DNA from: Octopus sinensis
Lineage: Eukaryota
NCBI RefSeq assembly: GCF_006345805.1
Contig: NW_021835064.1
Coordinates: forward strand, 1-48,786
Direction: 5' to 3'
Length of the DNA: 48,786 bases
The notes beneath the pieces are model-generated. The model did not search any database and had not been told where the DNA came from. It saw nothing but the letters and a program-made list of their open reading frames with translations. Below are positions 1 to 12,342 of this stretch, piece after piece. The stretch's first letter is position 1. Every line of letters starts with the position of its first letter. The translations under genes and the position numbers were made by a program.

Positions 1-378
1 GGGGACGTAAAAACATAGACATAAAGACACACGCACACACACGCACGCACACACAACACACAACACAAACACACACACATATATATATATTATATATATA
101 TATGCATTTACATAAACATATACATATATATATACGCACATATATATATGTTTGTGTGTGTGTGATATATGTGATATATATATATATATGACTATATATA
201 TACATGAACATATAAATATATATACGAATTATCTATATGATAACATATATATAATATATATTATATATATATCCCTATATATATATGGATATATATGAAT
301 GTATATATATTATATGTGTATATATATAAATATATATGTAGATAATATATATAAAAATTATATGTGTGTATATATATA

Positions 379-426
<48 letters not shown>

Positions 427-600
427 CATATATATATATATATATACTATATATATAATATATAATATATATAAAATATAAGATGTATATATATCCAACG
501 TGCGCATATGTGTGTGTGTGGGTTGTGGTGTGTGTGTGTGTGTGTGGTACCTGCATATATTTGTATGTATGTAAATGACAATGTATTTGTAATTATCCAT
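1..600. repeat. Compound (CA)n/(TA)n/(TG)n microsatellite region
   Basis: Dinucleotide runs read directly; the ORFs here are IY/HT repeat artefacts. Confidence 0.95.
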
Positions 601-1801
601 AAATGGCTCTAGACGTTTGTCTATGATCTGTCACATTCGATTCGGTTAGAAACACCAAGAAACTCGTAAGCAAGCAGAGGGGGGGGGAAATGAATTTATG
701 TTTCTGTTTTGAAGATAACCCTTATTATGATTACGATAATCTTTTTCAATAAAAATGTAAAAAAAAATTAGATAAAGGCGACAACCTTCAAGCAAACGAT
801 AATTTGCTCAGTATTAACGAACTATAATTAAAAATAGGTACTAGTTATTTAAAAGTGACAATAGTGGGAAGGGGAAGGAAACGTGTTCTGTTCTGTGAGT
901 ACATTTAATTTATTGTAGATTATGAGGTGAAGGAGCATCTTGAGCAAAAGAGGAAGAAGATCGGTCTGAATGAGATCAATTTCATTCCAATTTTGTAACA
1001 CACAACTGTGAAATTAAAAAAATATATCGGGTATGTACCCCTAAATCATGTGCTCACTCTCTCGCTCTCACCTGCTTTTATTTCCTCGTTTCCTTCTTTA
1101 TTCTCCTCCCACCCCCCTCCATCATTCACTACATCTTTTTCCTTATAATGTATAATTTGTTTGTTTTTTTTGCCTTTGTTATTATTTCTTTCCGTTTCTT
1201 TTCCACTTGTCTCTATCCATCTCATAAATATACTTTCATGATAAGGAGTCCCCGATTTTTTTCTGTGTTTTGGGTTTTTTTTTTTTGCCTGTCTGTGTGA
1301 TCACATTCGCTAACTAACACCGTAGGCATTCAGTTAAAGCATAATAACTATATTGCTAGACCAGAGACAATTCCCATACACACCATAAATGTAAATATCC
1401 GCGCATATTCACGTGGCGCATGCAAGTACATACACACTGATCGAATATCAACATATTTAGAGGATTTATAACAAACACAAACAAGGTGGTGTGTGGTGTG
1501 TGGTGTGTGTGTGTGTGTGTGTGTATAGATAGAAAGAAAGAAAATAGATAGATAGAAATAGTGAGAGAGTAAGAGAAAAACAGAAAGACAGACAGATATA
1601 GATATATAGACATATATGTGTGTGTGTGTGTGTATGAGGAGAGACAGACAGACAGATAGAAAGATAGAAAGATAGAAAGATAGAAAGAAAGAAAGAGAGA
1701 TAGATAGACAGACAAACAGACTGATGGACAGGCGGACTGTCAGACAGACAGACAGGCAAACAGATAAATAGGTACGTACATACATACATACATACATACA
1801 T

Positions 1802-1840
<39 letters not shown>

Positions 1841-1941
1841 CATACACACACACACATACATACATACATACATACATACATACATACAATACATACATAC
1901 ATACCTACATACATACATACATACATACATACATACATACG

Positions 1942-4851
1942 ACAGCAAAACTGTAAGGGCAGGAAAGAAACACCTGCAAATTCTACCTGAGGGGGACTGC
2001 TGGTACGGCGTTTGAAGGTGCAAACTGTCGCTTTGCACATCGGAGGCCCTACCCAAAACCGCACGGACGCGAGACAGAGGTCCCTCCCTCAGGGAGAAAA
2101 AAACAAAAAAACAAAAAGAAAAAAGTTATTAAAAGAAGGGAAAAAAGCGCACTGACACTACTGAAAGACGGTATGCAGATGTGGTGCGCGGAAAACCCAA
2201 CAGGTGGCCCAGCTTCACCCAGATGTGAGAAGGGCGGCAGCTGAACAGCAGTCTTTTTTGTGCATGGCACAAAAAATTGTTCAGCAGCTGACCTGGCTAC
2301 AAGCACAAAGCTGGAACTACCCCACATAAGGCCACCTCCAACAGATGCAGGATGGCCACCACAGACACCAACACCAACACACACACCCACAAAAATATTT
2401 CTACTGAATGTAGGAGGGCTGCTGCGCGGAAACTGTAAAAAGAAAATTTCATTCCTGAGAGACCTTGTGACATGCAATCAAGCTATATGCATGGCACTCA
2501 CAGAAAACGCATCTTGAACCGATATAGGTGATGCAGAAATACAAATGCCGCAATATGCAGTCATACGCACAGATAGAAAAGGGAGGAGCCATGGTGGAGT
2601 TGCAATGTACACCCGAGATGACCTCACGCCCCAAGTCCTGCTGTCATATTCAAACTCAGTATGTGAAACTCAAATTGTACACATAAGACAACTGAATATC
2701 GTCATATGCACTACATATCGCCCACCAGATGCCCCAAAACACTCGGCATGTTTGAAGACTGCTAACAAAAATAGGAGAAGTTCCTCACCAAAACCTTGAA
2801 CAGCACAACAGTGTATTCTTCATGGGTGACTTTAACATCCCCAATGTGGAATGGCCTGGGGGGCAGATGCTCCAGGGATGAACCCATCAGCAGGCACAGG
2901 TGGAGTCCTGCTCCATCTCACAAATGTCTCTTTCATGGAGCAAATAGTTCTGCAACCAACAAGGGCAGATAATATACTGGATCTCTGCTTCACAAAAATA
3001 TGGATATTATCCATAATGTTAATGTGATGCCGACAATGATCTCGGATAACAACATGATAGAGCTGTCATGTATGGAACAAAAGCCCCCGCAGGCACACAG
3101 CCTATACGAAGCACCCCACCATCTCTCCAACTTAAACTTTTATAAAGCCAACTGGAAGTCGATTGAGAAAGAGATCCTCAAACAGGATTGGCCTGAATGT
3201 CTCTCCACACCGGACATAAACATGAAACACAAACACTTCAGGTCCATAATACAAGCCATATGTGACAAATATGTCCCAATGTGCAGGGCCAGCACACAAA
3301 GAACAAAAACAGGATCCCTAGAGAAAGGAGGATTCTTATGAGACGACGGACAAGGATTGCAAACCGCCTGAGCAAAGCAAACAAAAAGTGGTGAGAAGTC
3401 TCGGCTCGCTCGAAAGAATGCTAATGGAAAACTGAGAAAAGTCTACATCAGTCCCATGAAAAGGAAGAGAGAGCAGATAAAGAAGCTTGGGTGATAGAAA
3501 ATATAAAATACAACCCTAAGCTTTCTTAAGTTTGCCAAAGTGAACAGCCACAGTGCACCAGAGAATAGGACCTCTCTTCCAAAAGATGGCTCTCTCACAG
3601 GAAATCCCACGAGGATAAGTGAAATACTGACGAACAGTTCCAAAGTGTGTTCACTAACACTCTAGGACACAGGCAAGTAAACAACCCAGAAGAATTCTTT
3701 GCCACTTTACCGCGGCCAAAGAGACAAAATTGAGTACATCAACATCGAAGATGATGATATCACACTAGCCATTGATGAGATTGACACAAACTCAGCTGGG
3801 ACCTGATGGATTCCCAGCGATCCTTCTCAAATCGTGCAACGAGCCCTTGCAAAACGCTACAGCTTCTTTTTCAGAGCTTTCTTACAAGTGGTAAGCTCCC
3901 AGTCAAACTGAAAAGAGGGTAATATGCCCTATCCATAAGGGAGGTAGCAGAGCAGATGCTAAAATTATAGGCCTATCTCTCTGACCTCACACATCAGCAA
4001 AGTCATGGAAACGAATAGTCCGTAAGAAACTAATCATGTTCCTTGAAGAAAATGACTTACTGTCTAACACCCAGCATGGATTTCGACCAGGTAGAGGCTA
4101 CCTAACACAGCTCCTGCAACACTATGACTGGTGTTGAAACAGCTACTAAATGGCTCAAGGTGGTGTAATATATCTTGACTTTGCAAAAAGCCTTTGATAA
4201 AGTCGACCATGGTATTGATCTGTCACAAACTGCGTGGGTCTCGGCATAGGCGGGAAACTTGGAGAGTGGCTGCACAACTTCCTAAAAGACAGAAAAACAG
4301 GCAGTTGTGAGCAATGGAGCCACCTCCAAGGAAAACGCAAATAACAAGCGGTGTCCCACAGGGCACTGTCTTGGGGCCACTGATGTTCATAGTGGCCCTT
4401 TCAGACATGCCTTCAGTTGCTACGATGACCACTCTTGCTAGCTATGCAGATGACAAAAAGTCACCCACGCAATACAAAACCCTGAAAATATTGCGCATCT
4501 GCAACATGAGCTGGACACAATATACAGGTGGGCTGAGGACAACAACATGCAGTTAATGCAGGTAAGTTCCAGGCCCTGCGCTACTGGCACACTAAGGTAA
4601 ATGACGTGAAGACTGGATACACTGGCCCAGGAAGAATTGCAATCCCTGAGTCAAAATCAGTGGCGTGACTGGCATTGACATTGAGCAATGATGCATCTTT
4701 CCAAATGCATATTGCTAATCTGGTGATAAAATGCAGACGGCTAGCTGGATGGATTCTCTGAACTTTCAGAACAAGAGAGAAGGAGACATGATGGTCCTAT
4801 GGAAACTTCGTCCTCAGCCGCTTGGACTACTGCTCCCAACTTTGGTCACCA
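1942..4851 (+). mobile_element. CR1-group non-LTR retrotransposon (LINE), truncated at both ends and frameshifted
   Basis: ORF1 C-terminal remnant (CCCH-like finger, RRYADVVRG). APE endonuclease motifs: IFLLNVGGL, MALTE, RTDRKGRSHGGVAMY, YRPP, GDFNIPNVEW. RT motifs: GPDGFP, NYRPISLTSHISKV, QHGFRPGR, IYLDFAK/AFDKVDHG, SGVPQGTVLGPLMF, YADD. Ends at YCSQLWSP. Clade assigned from motif recall. Confidence 0.9.
2386..4851 (+). pseudogene. LINE ORF2 remnant (apurinic-like endonuclease plus reverse transcriptase) split by many 1-bp indels
   Basis: Successive ORF-track fragments (2260-2517, 2545-2799, 3000-3341, 4314-4556) carry EN and RT motifs in the correct order in different frames. Confidence 0.88.
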
Positions 4852-4970
4852 CGACCACCCTTGGACAGTTTTAAATGACCATAGAAAGTGCGAGCCCTCT
4901 AACTGAAAAATTGTGGATTTGTATAAAGGATACACACACACACACATTTTGCCATTTATATATAGAGAGA
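4850..4970 (-). mobile_element. Partial copy (5' end) of the Helitron-like element at 9250-9657
   Basis: CACGACCACCCTTGGAC...ATTTATATATAGAGAGAT closely matches 9500-9658. Confidence 0.8.
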
Positions 4971-5003
4971 TACATATGTATATATACAAGCATACACACA
5001 TAC

Positions 5004-5043
<40 letters not shown>

Positions 5044-5458
5044 TGACAGATAGGATGTATATGTGTATATATATTATGAATTTATTAAATATATTAATAT
5101 TAGATATTTACGTTCATGATTTCTCACGTAATGAAATAATTGTATCAGCAGAATTAAAAATAATACCTTAAATTGTAATCTTTGATTTAATATATTTATT
5201 TAAGCATGTTAGCATGTATATGTATATACATTTTTGTCCTTGCACATATATAATTAAATATCTAATGAAGATCAATATGTAATTAAATATATAATTAAAA
5301 TACACATGCATACCCATACAAATACATGCGTATAAATACGAATATATGCATATATTTACACGTACATACGAGGCAACTCTTATTGTCCATCTCAAACCCG
5401 TAGGTATTTGATCAGAATAATACAGCAGTAAATATAATGACCGGGGTGGATAAATATA

Positions 5459-5678
5459 CAGTAATCTCTTGACTAACGCAGGTGTTACGTTCCAAAATCC
5501 CCGCAATAAGTGAGAATCCACGAAGTAGCAACAGTACAGTATTGTATATTTTTTAAAATTATTTTTAATTTGTATATATTCATTTTATTATAAATGCAAA
5601 ACAACACTATAGAGGAATCGAGGTAAGCTTAAATAATAAACCACGATAGGTGAACCGCGATATAGCGAAGGATTACTG
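5459..5678. mobile_element. Tc1/mariner (Tigger-like) MITE, 220 bp
   Basis: Imperfect TIRs CAGTAATC.../...GATTACTG flanked by TA at 5457-58 and 5679-80. Confidence 0.75.
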
Positions 5679-6614
5679 TACATATATACATAATTAAGGA
5701 TAACATCATTAAAAATTAATGATTTTATCAGTGGCCAGCATATAATAAAAAAACCATACAGGTGAAATCAATATATTAATATATAATTATCTATAATACA
5801 TTAAAAATCAGTTTGAATCTTTCTTGCAATACTACCCAGCCAAACTATTGCATAATGGGAAAATACTATGAATTAATTTACCCTGAAATGTTAATACAAA
5901 CGGAATAAAAAAAGTTTCGCGTAAGTCGGATAATAGAGGTTTTCCGTTATAAATACCCAAAACGGTGCACAATGGGAAAATATTCCGAAAATAATCTTAA
6001 TCCTGGAAGGGAAGAAACTCTTATGTTTCGATTAGACAACCGACTTGACAACAAAAAAATACGAATTCTTTTTTTATTTGTACAGTAAATGCTTCTATTT
6101 TCGATTTTGTTAAACACATCATTTTAATCATTTAGAAATATATCAAAAATGTAAGTTGTTTGTACGGTAAGATTTTATATTTTAGCTTTCTTTAAACAGA
6201 CAATATTTTAATGTTTTTTAAAAATTATTTTCAAGTGAATACCATTCCAAAAATTTATTGGCATATTTAAAAAATATTTTAAAATGAAAATAACTTTGAA
6301 TATACGGTAAATATTTCGTAAACGACCCGTTCGTAACCTCGGTGTGAAATATTTTTTCCGTAGGTTTTTCTAGTGCATTCAACGTATCTCACCTCCAAAT
6401 ATTTGACTGCTATTTCTAGCACGCCCTGCCACCATGTAACAGCTATTTGCGATAAAGGACCCGAAGCATGTATGTGTGTGTTATAGGTGTGTATATAAGT
6501 GGTGGGGGAACGTGGATTAGGGGGTTAGGTTCGGCTCATGATAGTATGAGCATGAGTGATTTCCGCTTGCGCATTGTACACTTAAGCAAGAAACTTTATT
6601 GCATCTTTCTGCAT

Positions 6615-6972
6615 GGGAGTGGCTGTGTGGTAAGTAGCTTGCTAACCAACCACACGGTTGCGGGTTCAGTCCCACTGCGTGGCATCTTGGGCAAGTGTCT
6701 TCTGCTATAGCCCCGGGCCGACCAATGCCTTGTGAGTGGATTTGGTAGACGGAAACTGAAAGAAGCCTGTCGTATATATATATATATATGTGTGTGTGTT
6801 TGTGTGTCTGTGTTTGTCCCCCTAGCATTGCTTGACAACCGATGCTGGTGTGTTTAGGTCCCCGTCACTTAGCGGTTCGGCAAAAAGAGACCGATAGAAT
6901 AAGTACTAAAAGGTGGTGCTCCAGCATGGCCGCAGTCAAAATGACTGAAACAAGTAAAAGAGTAAAAGAGAG
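6615..6972 (+). mobile_element. tRNA-derived SINE family A (GGCTGTGTGGTAAG head, internal (TA)n/(TG)n, AGTAAAAG tail)
   Basis: A/B-box-like head (GGTTCAGTCCC), CTTGGGCAAG core and repeated tail; several further copies in the window. Confidence 0.85.
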
Positions 6973-7017
6973 AGTATGCCATATAGCTGGCAAAAATGAG
7001 TGGCAGCATGTAATACA

Positions 7018-7190
7018 AATGGCCAGCCTTGTCTCATTCTGTGTTAAGGTGAATCTTCCTTGAGAGCTACGCTAAGGGTTCATGTGTCTGGAGAATACTG
7101 AGCCACATACACGTTCATTTCACGAGCAGGCTTTTCTGTTGATCAGATCATCTGGAACAACTCGTCTTATAACCGACGGTTTGCCATTTC
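7018..7190 (+). mobile_element. Degenerate 3' portion of a SINE (family F-type tail)
   Basis: GGCCAGCCTTGTC...TTTCACGAGCAGGC...AACCGACGG resembles an octopus SINE tail I recall; no second copy in the window. Confidence 0.45.
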
Positions 7191-7205
7191 GTTAGTGTAT
7201 GTATG

Positions 7206-7276
<71 letters not shown>

Positions 7277-7280
<4 letters not shown>

Positions 7281-7540
7281 TATAAATATATATATAAACT
7301 TATAAACAAGGGCAGAAGAAACATTTATTTCTATGCCAATATGCTGAGAACAGACTTTTAATCGTCAATTACTACATTACAATATACATTCATTATAAAT
7401 ACACGTCGTGCTGAAATCGAGGATCTCAGCACGACGTGTATTTATAATGAATGTATAATGAAATGTGAAATTGACGATTTCTCAGCATTGGCATAGAAAT
7501 AATTTTTCTTTTGCCCTTATTTTTAAGTTATTTATAATTT
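7277..7540. mobile_element. Foldback/MITE-like palindromic element
   Basis: Perfect 32-bp arms 7383-7414 and 7426-7457 around an 11-nt loop, extended by imperfect arms to about 125 bp each. Confidence 0.8.
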
Positions 7541-7618
7541 TAACCTTTAAATGGATTTTGATATGCTGCCACATTTGATGAATGAAATTTTTTTCTGAAA
7601 AATATTTATCCTATATTA

Positions 7619-7671
<53 letters not shown>

Positions 7672-7672
<1 letters not shown>

Positions 7673-7903
7673 TAGGGAGAGTTTACGAAAAAAAACAAAA
7701 GACGAAGACAGGGGTGTACAAAACAACACAGATGTATAGTATAACGCTTAGGAATAGAAAAAGTCTTTTACGGTTCGAGCCTACGTTCTTCTACAGAAAG
7801 GGACACAAAAAAACGGAGAGAAACAAGGAGAGAAAAAATGTGTGTAGTGGTTAACGATCTATCATAGCGATATATATATTATATATATATATATCTATAT
7901 ATA

Positions 7904-7940
<37 letters not shown>

Positions 7941-7982
7941 CTATGATAGATCGTTAACCACTACACACATTTTTTCTCTCCT
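7672..7982 (-). mobile_element. PLE-like pLTR fragment (family E) with variant minimal HHR and a 45-bp inverted second arm, embedded in (TA)n
   Basis: Minus strand reads CTTT-CTGTAGA-A-GAAC-GTAG-GCTC-GAACCGTA-AAAG. Arms 7826-7870 and 7938-7982 are perfect inverted repeats. Homologous to 29737-29927. Confidence 0.65.
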
Positions 7983-8307
7983 ATATATATATATACTAGA
8001 TTGCTGAAATAAGAGCTAAAATGTTCTAATGGTGTAGTCAACACACATAATTGTATACATGTATTCAGACAGGGATTATAATTCAGTATAAGGAATTCTC
8101 GAACGTCGTTTTCGGACAATTATATTCCCTGTCTGTATGTATGTATGTACACAATTATGAGTTTTGATCACAATATTAGAGCATTTTAGCTCTTGTTTCT
8201 AGCAATGTAGGTGTTTATATCACCCTAGTAGCATTTAGTGACAATTATAGTTTTCCTTTTTGATAAAACATTGCAAACTGTTGTCTATTTTGATTTATAT
8301 ATGTATA

Positions 8308-8469
8308 GGCGTAGGAGTGGCTGTGTGGTAAGTAGCTTGATTACCAGCCATGTGGCTCCGGGTCAGTGCCATTGCGCGCGGCACCTTGGGCAAGTATCTT
8401 CTACTATAGCCTTGGGCTACCAAAGCCTTGTGAGTCGATTTAGTAGATGGAAACTGCAAGAAGCTCGTA

Positions 8470-8519
<50 letters not shown>

Positions 8520-8748
8520 GTGTGTATATATGTTTGTGTGTCTGTGTTTGTCCCCCCTACATCGCTTGACAACCGATGCTGGTGTGTTTACGTCCCCGTA
8601 ACCTGGCGGTTCGGCAAAAGTGACCGATAGAATAAGTACTAGGCTTACAAAGAATAAGTCCTGGGGTTGATTTGCCCGACTAAAGGCGGTGCTCCAGCAT
8701 GGCCACAGTCAAATGATTGAAACAAGTAAGAGAGTAAAGAGTAAGAGT
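8308..8748 (+). mobile_element. SINE family A, full length
   Basis: Same head, core and tail as 6615-6972. Confidence 0.85.
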
Positions 8749-8775
8749 ATACATACATACATACATGTACATGCA

Positions 8776-8809
<34 letters not shown>

Positions 8810-8991
8810 CTAACATACATACATACATACATGCATACATGCATACATACATACATACATACATACATACATACAAACATACATACATACATACATACAT
8901 ACTAACATACATACATACATACATACATACATGCATACATACATACTAACATACATACATACATACATACATACATACATACATACATACA

Positions 8992-9027
<36 letters not shown>

Positions 9028-9032
9028 TATAT
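8749..9032. repeat. (TACA)n microsatellite
   Basis: Read directly. Confidence 0.95.
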
Positions 9033-9249
9033 GGTAGAAGTTTGCATAACATCCATAATTTCATTGCTTTCCGTTGTTAATTTCATTGTTTAGCCCCGGG
9101 TCGGCGCTAAATCAGCGAATCACATTACCAAAAGTACTCCCGTCTTTTCTTCTCCTTACTATGTATCTTCATCTTATATGTTACATTAGTTGTTTAGGTT
9201 TAACCTGCAATTTTATATTCAAATGGGGGAAAAGGGTTTTATAAAATAA

Positions 9250-9579
9250 CTAGCACTATGACCCGGCAACGCCGGGTCATAGTGCTAGTGCATGCATATA
9301 CAGCTGCGTGAGTGCGTGCGCACATACATGCGAGTACTGTTCAAATCTCCGACCAATCACATACAGCTAGCTGGCATTCAATTGGCGTATCAAGTTTCGG
9401 GCATGTTGATTGGGTTTTGGATAGGAAAAAACACAAAAAAGTCACTTCTATTGATTTTTTAATGGCTTTGCGGGGTGACTGGGGAAATGTAAAGATGTGC
9501 ACGACCACCCTTGGACGGTTTTGAATGACCATAGAAAGTGCGAGCCCTCTAACTAAAAAATTGTGGATTTGTATAAAGG

Positions 9580-9615
<36 letters not shown>

Positions 9616-9657
9616 CACACACACACAGGCAGACATTTTGCCGTTTATATATAGAGA
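9250..9657 (-). mobile_element. Non-autonomous Helitron-like element, about 408 bp, with internal (TG)n
   Basis: Minus strand starts A^TCTCTATATATAAACGG and ends in a GC-rich hairpin plus CTAG^T. No TSD; A-T insertion context as for Helitrons. Confidence 0.7.
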
Positions 9658-10410
9658 TGACAGTGCTCACCTGTCGTATGGTTTGGTTGCCTTTCTTTAT
9701 TTAAGATAGCAGCATGTATAATATTTAACCTCTGATTCTATTAGGTCAGAAAGCACTCCATTAGCTTGAGGGACTCTCCAATTTCAAAATGGGCTCTTTT
9801 TTTTCCAAAATGGACATCTACATCTACCATCATAAGCATACGATACGGAAACTTTATTGTACGAGTTTCCAATTTACGGCAGTTTAAATTAAAATTTTAA
9901 AGAATACCTTTATTTTATTTCCATGGAAACAGAATGAGGGACAAAAAAAAAATTAAAGACTACCAGCTTCTTACGATTTATTATTCCCATGGAGATTCTT
10001 TTACGAAATTATTCTTTACTGTAATCATAATACAACCACACCTATTTAAGGAAACGGTTTCACGTTGATTCGTAACAGGGAATCGTAAAAATTTGATATT
10101 ATTGAAACAGCTTATTAACTTGGGAAAAGTCAAATTTCTGTCACTGTCTTTTCTCATACATCTCATTAGAGAATGCTTTCAGCATCCGCAACGATTCGCC
10201 TCATTCTGGTGATAAGAAAACGTCAGTTGAATATTTGTATTATCAGCCTCTTTAATTTTTCTTATCAAAGACCTCATACCAAGAATAGCTCCTTCGTTAT
10301 TGCCCCCTTTTTTCTTCCATGCCAGTTCAGCCCTCCAACGGAGTAAGAATTACTTTAACCCCTATTAACTTGTTTTTACTAAAGACCTTTACATATATGT
10401 TTCTAGACAG

Positions 10411-10564
<154 letters not shown>

Positions 10565-10726
10565 GTATGTATAAACGTAGCTATATATGTGTGTATATGT
10601 ATACATAATATATATACACACACTCATGTATTCATTAATATATGTTATATACATATGCTTTCATTTGTTCATATACATACGCGCACACACACCGCACACA
10701 CACCACACCCACATATGCATTCATAC

Positions 10727-10785
<59 letters not shown>

Positions 10786-10796
10786 AATGTGCAGAG

Positions 10797-10829
<33 letters not shown>

Positions 10830-11149
10830 TACACACACACAATGCGGCTGAGGGTTTAGTGTTAGACATTTACTACAGGAGACTTGTTAAATGATTTTTC
10901 TTTAATATTTTTTCCTATTAATCATTTTTGATTTGTTTTTATTTTATTTTTATTTTTTGTTGTATATTTTTTTCTGATTCTTTTGTTTTCTTTCTTCTTA
11001 TTATTATTGTTTTTATTTATCAGTCACTAATTTGACGTCTAAGTGTTTCAATTACAAGAAGAATAATCAGAAAATTGATGACGACCCTTCCCCGCTTTAC
11101 TATTAATCCTAGACTGAAAGAAAGGTTAATTACTTCGCTTTATCTTGCA

Positions 11150-11307
11150 GGCGTGGTCGTGTGGTAAGAAGCTTGCTTCCCAACCACATGATTCCGGGTT
11201 CAGTCCCGCTGCGTGGCACTTTGGGCAAGTGACTTCTTCTGTAGCCTCAGCCCGACCTAAGCCTTGTGAGTAGATTTGGTAAACGGAACTGAAAGAAAGC
11301 CCGTCGC

Positions 11308-11355
<48 letters not shown>

Positions 11356-11441
11356 CATATTTATATATATATACATATTTATATATATATACATATTATA
11401 TATATATATATATAATATATAATATTTATACATATTATATA

Positions 11442-11472
<31 letters not shown>

Positions 11473-11707
11473 GCGTGTGTGTGTATGTATGTATGTGTTT
11501 GTTTTTTGTGTCTGTGTTTGTCCCCCACCATCGCTTGACAACCGATGTCGGTGTGTTTACGTCCCCGTCAACTAGCAATTCGGCAAAAAGAGACCGACAG
11601 AATTAGTACTAATTTACAAAGAATAAGTCCTATAGTCGATTTGCTCGACTAAAGGCGGCGTTCCAGCATGGCCGCAGTTAATTGCCTGAAACAAGTAAAA
11701 GAGTAAA
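11150..11707 (+). mobile_element. SINE family A with expanded internal (TA)n
   Basis: Homologous to the other family A copies. Confidence 0.85.
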
Positions 11708-11881
11708 CGCCATTGAGAGAGAACCTCTGCATGGACTCTTGACAGGTTAGAAAAACAACAGACAAAACCTCACTTGATTCCTTGGTAACCGTTTTGTTTT
11801 TATCACAAAGGGGGACTTTAAGTAATTTAGTCTAGATATAAATTTAAAAATAGACGACTGTATCAACCAAAATGTTCCTTT

Positions 11882-12308
11882 CTTTTAATTTTTACTTCGT
11901 TCAGTCATTGGATTCCGCCCATGCTGGAGCATCACCTTGAAGGGTTTGATCGAAGAAATAGATCCCAGCACTTATTTTTATTTTTAAAGTCTAGTTCTTA
12001 TTCTATTGGTCACTTACGCCAAACGAAGTTACAGTGACGTGAACAAACAAGCACCGGTTGTCAAGCTGTCTAATGGAACACAAACACAGATACAAAGACA
12101 CCGCGATACGTACATACATACATACGTAGCCGTGTGAGTGTATGAAAGACAGGCTTCTTTCAGTTTCCATCTACCAAATCCACTTACAAAATATTAGTCG
12201 ATCCAGGCTATTTGCATTATAGTAAGACACTTGTGCAACGTACTGCACAGTCGGACTGAACCTGGAACCTCGCAGTTCAAAGCGAGTCTTAACTGCACAG
12301 CTATGCCT
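11882..12308 (-). mobile_element. Diverged SINE family A variant
   Basis: Tail (CAGTCATT...CATGCTGGAGCA) and head (TCTACCAAATCCACT...GCACAGCTATGCC) match family A in reverse. Confidence 0.7.
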
Positions 12309-12342
12309 ACATACAGTAAGTAAACTATATATTAGTCTCCAA

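Noticed and set aside
5846-5985. Transib-like CACAATGGG end and the twice-occurring GCA(T/C)AATGGGAAAATA
   Set aside because: No matching opposite TIR or 5-bp TSD found.
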